Shown here piece by piece: positions 17,136 through 25,409 of a stretch of DNA of 25,409 bases. The stretch is from assembly GCA_048938895.1 (NCBI GenBank), contig JBHLLU010000025.1, forward strand, positions 1-25,409, in the 5' to 3' direction. The notes under the pieces were generated by a model. It had not been told where the DNA came from. It saw nothing but the letters and a program-made list of their open reading frames with translations, and made no database searches. The position numbers were made by a program, and so were the translations under genes. The first letter of the stretch is position 1, and each line of letters starts with the position of its first letter. Source of the stretch: Promethearchaeota archaeon. Lineage in GTDB: Archaea > Asgardarchaeota > Lokiarchaeia > Sigyniarchaeales > SOKP01.

Positions 17136-17207
17136 TTAAATATTTATTAGTTTTTTTAGCTTCTGGCTAATATTGATTATTGAATTATATGAGAGATCTA
17201 ATATCAT
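17136..17207 (-). other. 23-codon ORF resembling a single leucine-rich repeat (MILDLSYNSIINISQKLKKLINI)
   Basis: Manual translation; LDLSYN.I..I...L..L fits the LRR consensus; promoter-like box 31 nt upstream. Confidence 0.3.
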
Positions 17208-17229
17208 GACCTAATATAGTTGATTTCTC

Positions 17230-17263
17230 TATTTAAAGAAAAAGACATTTTTTTCTTTATATA
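17230..17263. promoter_or_regulatory. Back-to-back T-tract/TATA motifs (minus 17230-17243; plus 17249-17263)
   Basis: Plus copy is 56 nt from ATG 17311 (Roadblock operon); minus copy is 31 nt from ATG 17207. Confidence 0.6.
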
Positions 17264-17310
17264 GCTTCAATTATATTTTCATTTAAATTTACTAAGGAAA
17301 AGATAAAAAA

Positions 17311-17859
17311 ATGATAAATCACATACCAAAAATTTTGTATAAGAATAGTATTACCGAAGTACTGGACGATATAAAGTACAATTATGGAAAGTTGGTTCGA
17401 CGAGGGTACATTTATGGCTTAATTGCAATTGATCAGGATGCTAAAATTATTGCAATCGACTCTCGGTTCGATCGCAATCTTAATTATTGGGATTTGAGTT
17501 CCATCGGTGCGGCATTATACGGCGTCGCGAGGCAAGGGCAGGATTTTTTTGAGTCAAAATCACTAGAACGAGCGACCATCATCTACGACGACATGCGGTT
17601 ATTTGTTAAGTCAGTGGGAAAAGTTGAGCTCCAGAAGAAAGGAAAGCGAGACATATTAATTGTAATGCTTACGGATAATGATGTGAATTTAGGGGTTGTT
17701 TACATGCAATTAAGTAAGTTTGCGATGAAAATCAGAGAAGAAATCCAGAAAAATCAGAACGCCCAAAAAACCATGAAGATGACTGAAAAGGAAGTAAAAG
17801 AGCACATTAAAGAGTTAAAGAACGAGATTTTTTCTGATAAATTAGGGGAAATTAGTTAG
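17311..17859 (+). CDS. Roadblock/LC7 (MglB-like) protein with C-terminal helical extension
   Basis: 'GLIAIDQDAKIIA', 'LSSIGAALYGVARQ', 'LFVKSVG', 'LTDNDVNLGVV' are typical Roadblock elements; directly upstream of an MglA-like GTPase. Confidence 0.85.
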   Translation: MINHIPKILYKNSITEVLDDIKYNYGKLVRRGYIYGLIAIDQDAKIIAIDSRFDRNLNYWDLSSIGAALYGVARQGQDFFESKSLERATIIYDDMRLFVKSVGKVELQKKGKRDILIVMLTDNDVNLGVVYMQLSKFAMKIREEIQKNQNAQKTMKMTEKEVKEHIKELKNEIFSDKLGEIS

Positions 17860-17881
17860 CATTCCAGGTGATGTATCTACT

Positions 17882-18535
17882 ATGGAACTACAGGAACAGA
17901 ATAAGAAAAGTCAGTTAGACATCAGTAGCGAATTCGATTTTAATGATGCGGAAAACATGCTCCAGTTTAAGATCGTGTACTGGGGACCGGGAGAAAGCGG
18001 TAAAACCACCAACTTTTTTCGCCTTAAGGAAAAATTCGATCTCTTAAAATTATCAAAAGGATATTCGATTGAGACTACCGAAGGAAGGACACTATGGGAA
18101 GACTCGTTATATCTATTGTTTAAATTCCCCATTAAAGATGTGAAGTTTAACATTATTGCTCATGTGGTAACATGTACGGGACAAGAGCGGTTTTTGTCTA
18201 CACGGGAGTATGTACTTGATGGTGCCGATGGAATAGTGTTTGTAGGAGATTCCGATCCTGAAAAGTTAGAACAGAACAAACGTAGTTTCCGCGAGTTGGT
18301 AAGCTTTGCCTCCTCAAATAAGATACCCTATATCGTACAACTCAACAAAAGGGATTTACAGGATGCCATTAAGCTCAGTACGTTTAAAGTCGCTTTAGGG
18401 CTACCCTTATTGAAAAACTATCCCGATGGTTCAGATGTAGTATATGAAGCAGAAGCATTACAGGGAATAAATATTGTGAAATGTTTTAAGCAGATTATCC
18501 TTCAGGTTATTTTCAATTATTTTAGTGAGGAGTAA
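17882..18535 (+). CDS. MglA-like small GTPase
   Basis: KIVYWGPGESGKTTN (G1), EGRTL (G2 with intrinsic Arg), TCTGQERF (G3), GADGIVFVGDS, QLNKRDL (G4), AEA (G5). AGGTGA SD. Confidence 0.9.
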   Translation: MELQEQNKKSQLDISSEFDFNDAENMLQFKIVYWGPGESGKTTNFFRLKEKFDLLKLSKGYSIETTEGRTLWEDSLYLLFKFPIKDVKFNIIAHVVTCTGQERFLSTREYVLDGADGIVFVGDSDPEKLEQNKRSFRELVSFASSNKIPYIVQLNKRDLQDAIKLSTFKVALGLPLLKNYPDGSDVVYEAEALQGINIVKCFKQIILQVIFNYFSEE

Positions 18536-18540
18536 CGGGA

Positions 18541-20286
18541 ATGGATAGTGGGGAAGATTATATCACGCCTGAATTCCTTAATATTATATTTTTTCAGCAA
18601 AAAAACGTAGTTATCTTTCCCTATGTCGACTTGAAACATCTACACGCTCTTGAGATTTTTGCATTAGGCTATAATATAGTGGATCTTGAATCAACAGTTT
18701 TGTATGATCTGAAAAACATTTTAGAGTTTGAAGCTTCTAATTCTTATTCACAAAATCCCTCACTCTATTTTATTTATAATTTAGATAAATCGAAAGTTCA
18801 AGAGTTAACAGAGCTTAGTGGTATTCGTTGTATTTTAAATACTAATGAAAATATTACAGAGATAGCCACTAGTACTGAATTTATTATTTACAACAAGAAA
18901 AGTGGAATTTTTGTCAATTATGCTGAGAACGACTTGGAATTTGAGAAGGCATTAATTTCTTCTTCTACTAGCCTCACCATGCTTCAAGATTCGATTCAGA
19001 AAATTAAAAGTACTGCAACACAGCTCTTTGAACAGATGAACCAAGATCCCTCCCCTAATAAAGTTGCCTCTCTTCTCTGTGAATATAATATCCGCTATTG
19101 GCAGAAGATTTTAGATTATACTTCTCGGTATTTTAAGATTCAGCTACCCTCTTCATCAGAGCTCAGGAAATATGCCTCTGATGCTTCTTTTGTAAAACCT
19201 CGAAATAAACTACTCGATAAAGATTTTTCAGAAGAGTATGAATTAATCGTTTCGAAAAATAGAGCTATTGGAAAAGAGTTTGTTCAGCTTATCCATGATT
19301 ATCGGAGTGAGAAAGTAAATGCTTCTCATTTAGGATTAGAGGAGCTATATAGCCCTCTCAAGCTTTATAATTATTTGAGAAACCGGCATTGGAAAGAAGG
19401 AATTCCTGAGAGATTTATAAAAGAATGGTCTGAAATGAAACTTTCAGGCTATGAGCTTACTGAAGAAGATCTTATTGACTTTGAGGATATTTGCAGTACA
19501 TTAGAAATTAGTTTTATAGGGAAATCTTTAAGCCCACAAAAGCTTTCCGATACGAGCATTAGACCACGAATTCCTGATGATACATTTATAAGTAAAAAAC
19601 CCTCTTTACAGGAAAATTGGAGAGGCTATAAGCTGTGGCTACATGAACGTGTAGAATCTATTTCACATTTAGTCGATAAATGTATAGCGTCCCATAACAA
19701 TGAGCAGTATTCTTATTTACTGAAGGAAATCTCTCAACTCTCGAAATCAATAATCCAAGCAAAGGTTTCACCAATCAAAGAAAGTGTAAGGAACGAAATT
19801 GATACCAAATTAGCAAAAGTTAGGATCAAAGAATGGGTTGCATTGTTTAGTATCGAAGATAAATTTCGATTAGTCAGCATCTTTCGGAAATATTTAGAAC
19901 GTCTCTATAATGATTTTTTTGGGAGAGATCCCTTTAACGAAAATATTGTGCCAAAAATTAAAGCGGTAACCAAATGCTTTCAGCTTTCTATGAAACTTGA
20001 AAGCAATCTCCTCTGGTTAAATAATTTTAGAAATAAACTGACTCATGATGATAGATACAGTGATTCTGAAATTAATTTAATGCTTAGTGTAAATACACCT
20101 CGAATCAACAATATTATCATGCGGTTTATTGCTGGACTTATTACTTCTCAGTTGAGACCCCTCCTTCAAGCGAATAGACATCTAATTGATGAACTCTTTG
20201 GGTATATTCGCAGTACTTATTTCAATGCTGAATATATCTCTACACTTCCGGTAGATCTTATATACGAAAGGATTCTGGTAGTTTAG
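18541..20286 (+). CDS. Hypothetical 581-aa protein with C-terminal HEPN-like domain
   Basis: Starts 5 nt after the GTPase stop; helical C-terminal region 'FRKYLERLY...LNNFRNKLTHD' has an R-x4-H motif (20029-20046). Confidence 0.6.
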   Translation: MDSGEDYITPEFLNIIFFQQKNVVIFPYVDLKHLHALEIFALGYNIVDLESTVLYDLKNILEFEASNSYSQNPSLYFIYNLDKSKVQELTELSGIRCILNTNENITEIATSTEFIIYNKKSGIFVNYAENDLEFEKALISSSTSLTMLQDSIQKIKSTATQLFEQMNQDPSPNKVASLLCEYNIRYWQKILDYTSRYFKIQLPSSSELRKYASDASFVKPRNKLLDKDFSEEYELIVSKNRAIGKEFVQLIHDYRSEKVNASHLGLEELYSPLKLYNYLRNRHWKEGIPERFIKEWSEMKLSGYELTEEDLIDFEDICSTLEISFIGKSLSPQKLSDTSIRPRIPDDTFISKKPSLQENWRGYKLWLHERVESISHLVDKCIASHNNEQYSYLLKEISQLSKSIIQAKVSPIKESVRNEIDTKLAKVRIKEWVALFSIEDKFRLVSIFRKYLERLYNDFFGRDPFNENIVPKIKAVTKCFQLSMKLESNLLWLNNFRNKLTHDDRYSDSEINLMLSVNTPRINNIIMRFIAGLITSQLRPLLQANRHLIDELFGYIRSTYFNAEYISTLPVDLIYERILVV

Positions 20287-20288
20287 TC

Positions 20289-20534
20289 TTAACTTGGGGT
20301 TTCGAGAACACTTATCACAATTTCAGGCTCATCACCCACATAATCTTGTTGGGTAACTTCTGCCTGATATCGCATAATTCTATGGTTACCCACTATGATA
20401 TTGTATTTCGCCAGAAAGCTCAAAATACTCTCATTTTCGAATTCTAACCATTGCATTTTTCTTTCTACTTCCCGAGTTTTCGTGTAGGAGTGTAAATTTC
20501 TTCTTATTTTTAGTAGTAAAAATCTTACATTCAT
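20289..20534 (-). CDS. Small hypothetical protein (81 aa)
   Basis: AGTGATC SD-like site and promoter-like box (20579-20592) upstream; fills the gap convergent to the previous gene. Confidence 0.6.
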   Translation of the reverse strand: MNVRFLLLKIRRNLHSYTKTREVERKMQWLEFENESILSFLAKYNIIVGNHRIMRYQAEVTQQDYVGDEPEIVISVLETPS

Positions 20535-20578
20535 TTTTAGATCACTTTATTATTTTTACTACTTTACAAAAATGAGAA

Positions 20579-20592
20579 TATTTAAAGAAAAA
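20579..20592 (-). promoter_or_regulatory. T-tract/TATA promoter motif (TTTTTCTTTAAATA) for the 81-aa gene
   Basis: 53 nt from ATG 20534; divergent region. Confidence 0.6.
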
Positions 20593-20713
20593 TTATTCAA
20601 GAAATATGACATGAGGAATTTTAGTGAAAAAAGTAAACTTTTTTTAATTTTATGACTTAGAGATCTTTATAAATAAAAAAAATCAATAAAGATTTAAAAA
20701 ACAGTGATAGAAA

Positions 20714-22300
20714 ATGAGTAACGTTCCGATAATCATACTAAAAGAAGGAACTGAAGAAGTTCGCGAGAAAGAAGCACGTAAACAGAACATTAATGCAATG
20801 GTGGCAATCGCAGAAACAGTTCGCTCTACACTAGGGCCAAAGGGTATGTCAAAAATGCTCGTTGATTCAATGGGTGATGTTACTATAACAAATGACGGAG
20901 CCGAGATTTTAAAGAATCTTGACATTGAAAACATTTCAGCAAACATGATGGTAAATGTTGCTAAATCTATTGATGATGATATAGGAGATGGAACAACATC
21001 GGCAGTCATCTTTTCAGCAGCATTACTAAATAATGCATTGGAATTAATGGATCAAGATATTCACCCCAAACCAATAATCCATGGATATAAGTTAGCTGCG
21101 GATAAATCACTTAAAATTATCAAAGTTATATCAGAGAAGATCTCTGACGGAGACGATGAAGTTCTTATAAATATCGCAAAAACTGCTATGAATGCTAAGG
21201 ATATATCTCCATTAAAAGACTTTTTCTCAGACTTAGCACTTAAAGCTATGAAACATATAGCGGATGATGGAGGTAACACATTTGGTAAAGTTGCTAATGT
21301 AAAAATTGTAAAAGCTCCAGGAAAATCATTAAAAGAGACTGAACTAATTAATGGAGTTTATGTTCAAAAAGAAAAAGTAAATACTATGATGCCTGATATG
21401 ATTAAGGATGCCAAAATCGCGGTGATCAGACGCAAGCTTGACGTAAAGAAAACAGAATTTGATGCTCAAGTTCGAATTTCCAGTCCAGCTGAAATTCAGA
21501 GATTCTTAGACCAAGAAGAGAAGATCTTACTTAACTATATGAAAATATTCAAAGATTTAGGAGTTAACTTGGTGGTTAATAGTAGTGATATCTCTGATAA
21601 ATTTGGTGCTTTTTTAGCCAGAGAAGATATTGCTGCTATCAAAAATGTGGGTGAAAGTGATTATAAGTCAATCCTAAAGGCAGTTGGGGCAAATCTGGTT
21701 GATGATTTAAATTCGCTTTCAGAAGCAGATTTAGGATTCGCTGAGAAGGTTGTATTTGAAAAAATTGGTGATGATGACTATACACTTTTATCAGGTTGTA
21801 AAAACCCAAAATCCGTCTCTATTTTGCTTAAAGGTGGGCTTGATAAGATCCTAAGCACAGCAGAAGTTTCTCTTCACGATGTGCTTTCGGTTATAGCAAA
21901 AGTAATGGATACAAAAACTTATGTTGCTGGGGGCGGGGCTATCTATATGGAACTTGCTAAAAGGATTCGAGAATATTCAAATGAAATTAGTGGAAAAGAA
22001 CAACTCGCGGTCTCTGCGTTTGCACTAGCCCTTGAAGAAATCCCAAAAACTCTTATTAAAAATGCCGGATTGGAAGAGATTGAAAAGCTTACCGAATTAA
22101 GAGCAGCTCATAAAACAGACGCAGATAAATGGATTGGCATTGATACCATAGATTCAAGTTTGGGGGATAATCTCAAAAAAGGTATCGTCGAGCCTGCTGA
22201 ATTATTAGTACATATTATTAAATCTGGGAGTGAACTAGCGAACCTTATATTAAGAATCGATCGTATAATAAGCGCTAAAGGACGTAGCGTAGGAGAATAG
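20714..22300 (+). CDS. ths: Thermosome (group II chaperonin) subunit
   Basis: RSTLGPKGMSKMLVD, ITNDGAEIL, GDGTTSAV, VAGGGA, IPKTL..NAG, ILRIDRII. Confidence 0.97.
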   Translation: MSNVPIIILKEGTEEVREKEARKQNINAMVAIAETVRSTLGPKGMSKMLVDSMGDVTITNDGAEILKNLDIENISANMMVNVAKSIDDDIGDGTTSAVIFSAALLNNALELMDQDIHPKPIIHGYKLAADKSLKIIKVISEKISDGDDEVLINIAKTAMNAKDISPLKDFFSDLALKAMKHIADDGGNTFGKVANVKIVKAPGKSLKETELINGVYVQKEKVNTMMPDMIKDAKIAVIRRKLDVKKTEFDAQVRISSPAEIQRFLDQEEKILLNYMKIFKDLGVNLVVNSSDISDKFGAFLAREDIAAIKNVGESDYKSILKAVGANLVDDLNSLSEADLGFAEKVVFEKIGDDDYTLLSGCKNPKSVSILLKGGLDKILSTAEVSLHDVLSVIAKVMDTKTYVAGGGAIYMELAKRIREYSNEISGKEQLAVSAFALALEEIPKTLIKNAGLEEIEKLTELRAAHKTDADKWIGIDTIDSSLGDNLKKGIVEPAELLVHIIKSGSELANLILRIDRIISAKGRSVGE

Positions 22301-22330
22301 AAATTTCTTTTTTTTTATATTTTTTTATTA
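22301..22330 (+). terminator. Oligo-T terminator after thermosome gene
   Basis: Two T-tracts immediately after the stop codon. Confidence 0.5.
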
Positions 22331-22478
22331 TATACGAAATAAGAATTTATACTTAAACTGAGAATAAGAACTAATTGATAATAAGTCCAAATTCTATAAA
22401 TTTAATAATTATTCAAAATCTTTTTATCACACTCTAAATTAAATATTTATAAGTAAAGATTGTCATACCGAGAAGAGA

Positions 22479-24350
22479 ATGAAATTTATCGATCAGAAAA
22501 ATTTTGAAAAATTAAAAGCAATCAATAATAAAAACGTAATTAAAATTGTAGAAGAGTTTGTTGAGTTATGTAAACCTTCAAAAGTCACAGTCATAACGGA
22601 TTCAACTGAAGATATTGAATATTGTAAGCAAAGAGCCATCGAAGTTGGAGAAGAGGCTAAACTAGCAATCGAAGGACATACAATTCACTTTGATGCGTTC
22701 ATCTCAATGTCAAATCACGACCAAGCAAGAGACAAGAAAAACACTAAAGTTTTAATACCAAAAGGGGAATATCATCCTCCTGCCATAAATACAATTGAAA
22801 GAAGAAAAGGACTTGAAGAAATTCTGGATGTAATGAATGGATGTATGCGAGGAAACGAATGTGTTGTACGATTTTTCTGTCTTGGCCCAAAAAATTCTAA
22901 GTTTTCAATCCTTGCCCTTCAACTCACCGATTCCTTTTACGTGGCTCACTCAGAAGATTTATTGTATAGAACGGGTTATGAAGAATTCAAAAAGTTACAT
23001 GGATCAGATGAATTTTTCACATTCATTCACTCTTCCGGGCAGTTAACTGGTTATCCCCCAGTTACAAAAAATCTTGATAAAAGAAGAATTTATGTAGACT
23101 TACTAGAAGGTAGAGTGTTATCTGTAAATAATCAATATGCAGGAAATAGCTTAGGGTTGAAGAAATTGGCTTTAAGGTTAGCAATTTATAAATCTAGTAA
23201 GGAGAGATGGTTAACAGAGCATTATTTTATTTTAGGGGTATGTCCTAAAGAAAATGTTCGAGTATCATACTTTTGTGGAGCATTTCCAAGCGCTTGTGGT
23301 AAAACCAGCACTGCAATGTTGCCTGGTCAGGCAATAGTAGGAGATGATATTGCTTATCTTCGAGTTTGGGATGATGGTTTTGCACATGCCGTAAATATTG
23401 AAAGAGGCCTTTTTGGTATAATAAAAGACGTTAATCCTAAAGATGATCCTGTAATTTTTAATGCACTTACAACACCTAGGGAGACTATTTTTAGTAATGT
23501 ATTGGTATCTGATAATTTACCATATTGGATAGGGGATGGAAGACCAATCCCAGAAAAAGGCACAAATTTTTCAGGGGAATGGCATAAGGGTAAAAAAGAT
23601 AGTGATGGAGAAGAAATCCCTCATGCACACCCTAATGCCCGATATACAATTCGTATAGAAGAATTAGATAATGCTGATGAAAATCTTCATAATCCAGAAG
23701 GTGTTCCTATCTCTGGAATCCTTTATGGTGGCCGAGATAGTGATACAATGCCACCTGTACTTGAAAGCTTAAATTGGGATCATGGTGTTTTCATGGGAGC
23801 ATCAGTTGAATCAGAAACTACATCAGCCACCTTAGGAACTGAAGGTGTACGGATTCAGCAGCCTTTTGCAAATTTAGATTTTATTGTCATAAGTTTAGGT
23901 GAATATCTAAAGAATCACCAAGATTTTGGAAAGAGATTAAAAACATGCCCAAGAGTTTTTGCTACTAATTATTTCCTTAAAAATAAAGAGGGAAAATATT
24001 TAAATGAGATTTTGGATAAACTTTGTTGGGTAATCTGGGCAGAAGGCCGAACCCAAGGTGATTATGAGACGATTAAAACGCCAATCGGGCTTTTACCGAA
24101 GTATGCAGATTTAAAAATAATATTTGCTAAATACCTTGATAGAGAATATGAAGAGACAGAATATATTGAACAATTCTCAATTCGAACCAATAAACTCTTA
24201 GAAAAATTGGATCGTATTGAAAGCTTCTATAAAAACGAAAAAGAGATCCCCCAATTTTTCTGGGATCTTTTAACTACCCAAAGAAATGGTTTAATAACAC
24301 TGCAAAAGGAGTATGGGGAAGATACAATTTCTCCTGTTTTGATAAAATAA
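22479..24350 (+). CDS. pckG: Phosphoenolpyruvate carboxykinase (GTP)
   Basis: DQAR, QLTDSFYV, YAGNSLGLKKLALR, WLTEH, GAFPSACGKTS, GDDIAY, HPNARY, YGGRD, TNYF. Confidence 0.97.
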   Translation: MKFIDQKNFEKLKAINNKNVIKIVEEFVELCKPSKVTVITDSTEDIEYCKQRAIEVGEEAKLAIEGHTIHFDAFISMSNHDQARDKKNTKVLIPKGEYHPPAINTIERRKGLEEILDVMNGCMRGNECVVRFFCLGPKNSKFSILALQLTDSFYVAHSEDLLYRTGYEEFKKLHGSDEFFTFIHSSGQLTGYPPVTKNLDKRRIYVDLLEGRVLSVNNQYAGNSLGLKKLALRLAIYKSSKERWLTEHYFILGVCPKENVRVSYFCGAFPSACGKTSTAMLPGQAIVGDDIAYLRVWDDGFAHAVNIERGLFGIIKDVNPKDDPVIFNALTTPRETIFSNVLVSDNLPYWIGDGRPIPEKGTNFSGEWHKGKKDSDGEEIPHAHPNARYTIRIEELDNADENLHNPEGVPISGILYGGRDSDTMPPVLESLNWDHGVFMGASVESETTSATLGTEGVRIQQPFANLDFIVISLGEYLKNHQDFGKRLKTCPRVFATNYFLKNKEGKYLNEILDKLCWVIWAEGRTQGDYETIKTPIGLLPKYADLKIIFAKYLDREYEETEYIEQFSIRTNKLLEKLDRIESFYKNEKEIPQFFWDLLTTQRNGLITLQKEYGEDTISPVLIK

Positions 24351-24359
24351 TGAGCTTAC

Positions 24360-25040
24360 TTAAACAAGGTATTTTAATCCTTGTCGTACTTTGTAGGTCT
24401 TATGAATCCTATCTATTTCAATAAATCGTTTAATTTCAAGATTATTTAGTAAATCCCTCATTTCTTCACTGTTTTTATTAAGTTCTGTTCCTAATCCTTG
24501 AATATCTTGTTCATAGGTTTTTAACACTTGGATTAGGGAAGAATACTCTTCATATATTACATTAACTAAGTGCGTAATTGACTCTTTTATGTTTAATCCT
24601 GTTTTGGTGCTGGATGGAAAAATTTTACTATTTTCGGGGAGATAATTTTGAGCACGAATAACTTCTGGTGGACGAGCACCCTCTAAATCCTGTTTATTAG
24701 CTAAAAAAACAACAGGTACATCTGGAGATAATGCTTTTCTTATGGAATTCAATATCATAATTGCACTATCATCTTTTTCAGGGTGAACCGCATCAAACAA
24801 AAAAATGACACCATCAGAACCACGAATGGTTATATCTCTCATTATAGAGAATCTAAGAAGTCCGGGAGTACCAAAAAGATAACAATCAAAGCCATTTAAT
24901 TTCACCGAACCTAAGTCCATTCCGACTGTATAGTATTTATCGTCTTTACCTTTCGCTTCAACATTCAATGCATTATCATCTAGAGCTTTTATATAACTTG
25001 ACTTTCCCGACTGCAAAGGTCCAGAAACAACGATTTTCAA
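24360..25040 (-). CDS. MglA/ATP_bind_1-type small GTPase with C-terminal winged-helix-like domain
   Basis: KIVVSGPLQSGKSS, TVGMDLG, LFGTPGLLRF, ANKQDL; tail 'IQGLGTELNKNSEEMRDLLNNLEIKRFIEID'. TTG start with GGTGA SD. Confidence 0.88.
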   Translation of the reverse strand: MKIVVSGPLQSGKSSYIKALDDNALNVEAKGKDDKYYTVGMDLGSVKLNGFDCYLFGTPGLLRFSIMRDITIRGSDGVIFLFDAVHPEKDDSAIMILNSIRKALSPDVPVVFLANKQDLEGARPPEVIRAQNYLPENSKIFPSSTKTGLNIKESITHLVNVIYEEYSSLIQVLKTYEQDIQGLGTELNKNSEEMRDLLNNLEIKRFIEIDRIHKTYKVRQGLKYLV

Positions 25041-25409
25041 CCTAAATCACCACTTATAAAATAATGCAATTTTAACTTAGATTTTCCAATATATAAAGAG
25101 ATGTAATATGTTTAATTATAATTTTTTATTACATAGATAATAACCTACCTATGGGTTAAATATTAATATCTTCACTTTCATTTCAAGTTTTTGTAAAGAA
25201 TTAAGAAAATCTATATAAAATTTAACAAACGGGTTTTTCCGTAATCCTTTATATTTTAAATGTATTTTTCTGAATGATTTTAAAAATCCTATTTAAAAAG
25301 TTATTAATAATAATCATTAAGCAAAATTTTTATTTCTTTAAACCACTATCAAATCTTAAAACTTTCAGCTCTATCTAATTTTCTTTGGCTAAAACTAATA
25401 ATTTTTGCC

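Noticed and set aside
17122-17142. Plus-strand TTTTCTTTAAATA right after the GNAT stop
   Set aside because: No suitable downstream ORF; more simply a terminator tract. It shows the motif can arise by chance, so it was not counted.
1-20534. Provirus or integrated element as the origin of the cluster
   Set aside because: No integrase, capsid, terminase, transposase, att repeats or tRNA seen; no obvious compositional break from the flanking housekeeping genes.
17911-23563. ORFs at 17911, 20683, 21061, 22837 and 23354
   Set aside because: Shadows of the GTPase, thermosome and PEPCK genes.
25041-25409. Very AT-rich tail as a replication origin or CRISPR leader
   Set aside because: No ORB-like G-string repeats or CRISPR repeats visible; context is cut by the window end.

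Overview
AT-rich archaeal chromosomal segment that looks like an Asgard archaeon, probably Lokiarchaeia (inferred from archaeal RadA/Hef/Hel308/FEN-1/thermosome together with Roadblock + MglA-type small GTPases). No rRNA, tRNA, CRISPR array or mobile element was recognised. Positions ~1-20.6 kb are dense in often divergent DNA recombination/repair genes: Hel308 with a SWIM-finger insertion, Hef with a decayed nuclease domain, a RadB-like paralog, RadA with an extra C-terminal HhH domain, FEN-1 and a stand-alone topoisomerase zinc ribbon. These are interleaved with membrane/surface genes (HExxH membrane protease, a pilin-sized 2-TM protein, an anchored surface protein, an MFS carrier), two TFB/TFIIB-like genes and a Roadblock-GTPase-HEPN-like operon. 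The main observation is that nearly every transcription unit in this block is preceded by the same promoter-like element, T5-6-C-TTT(A/T)WAWA, i.e. a TATA box with a poly-T tract in place of the usual purine-rich BRE. The full-length TFB-like gene, the thermosome gene and the PEPCK gene lack it. My inference is a co-regulated DNA-exchange/recombination regulon read by an alternative TFB; this is untested. The window ends with thermosome, GTP-PEPCK and a GTPase-wHTH gene.
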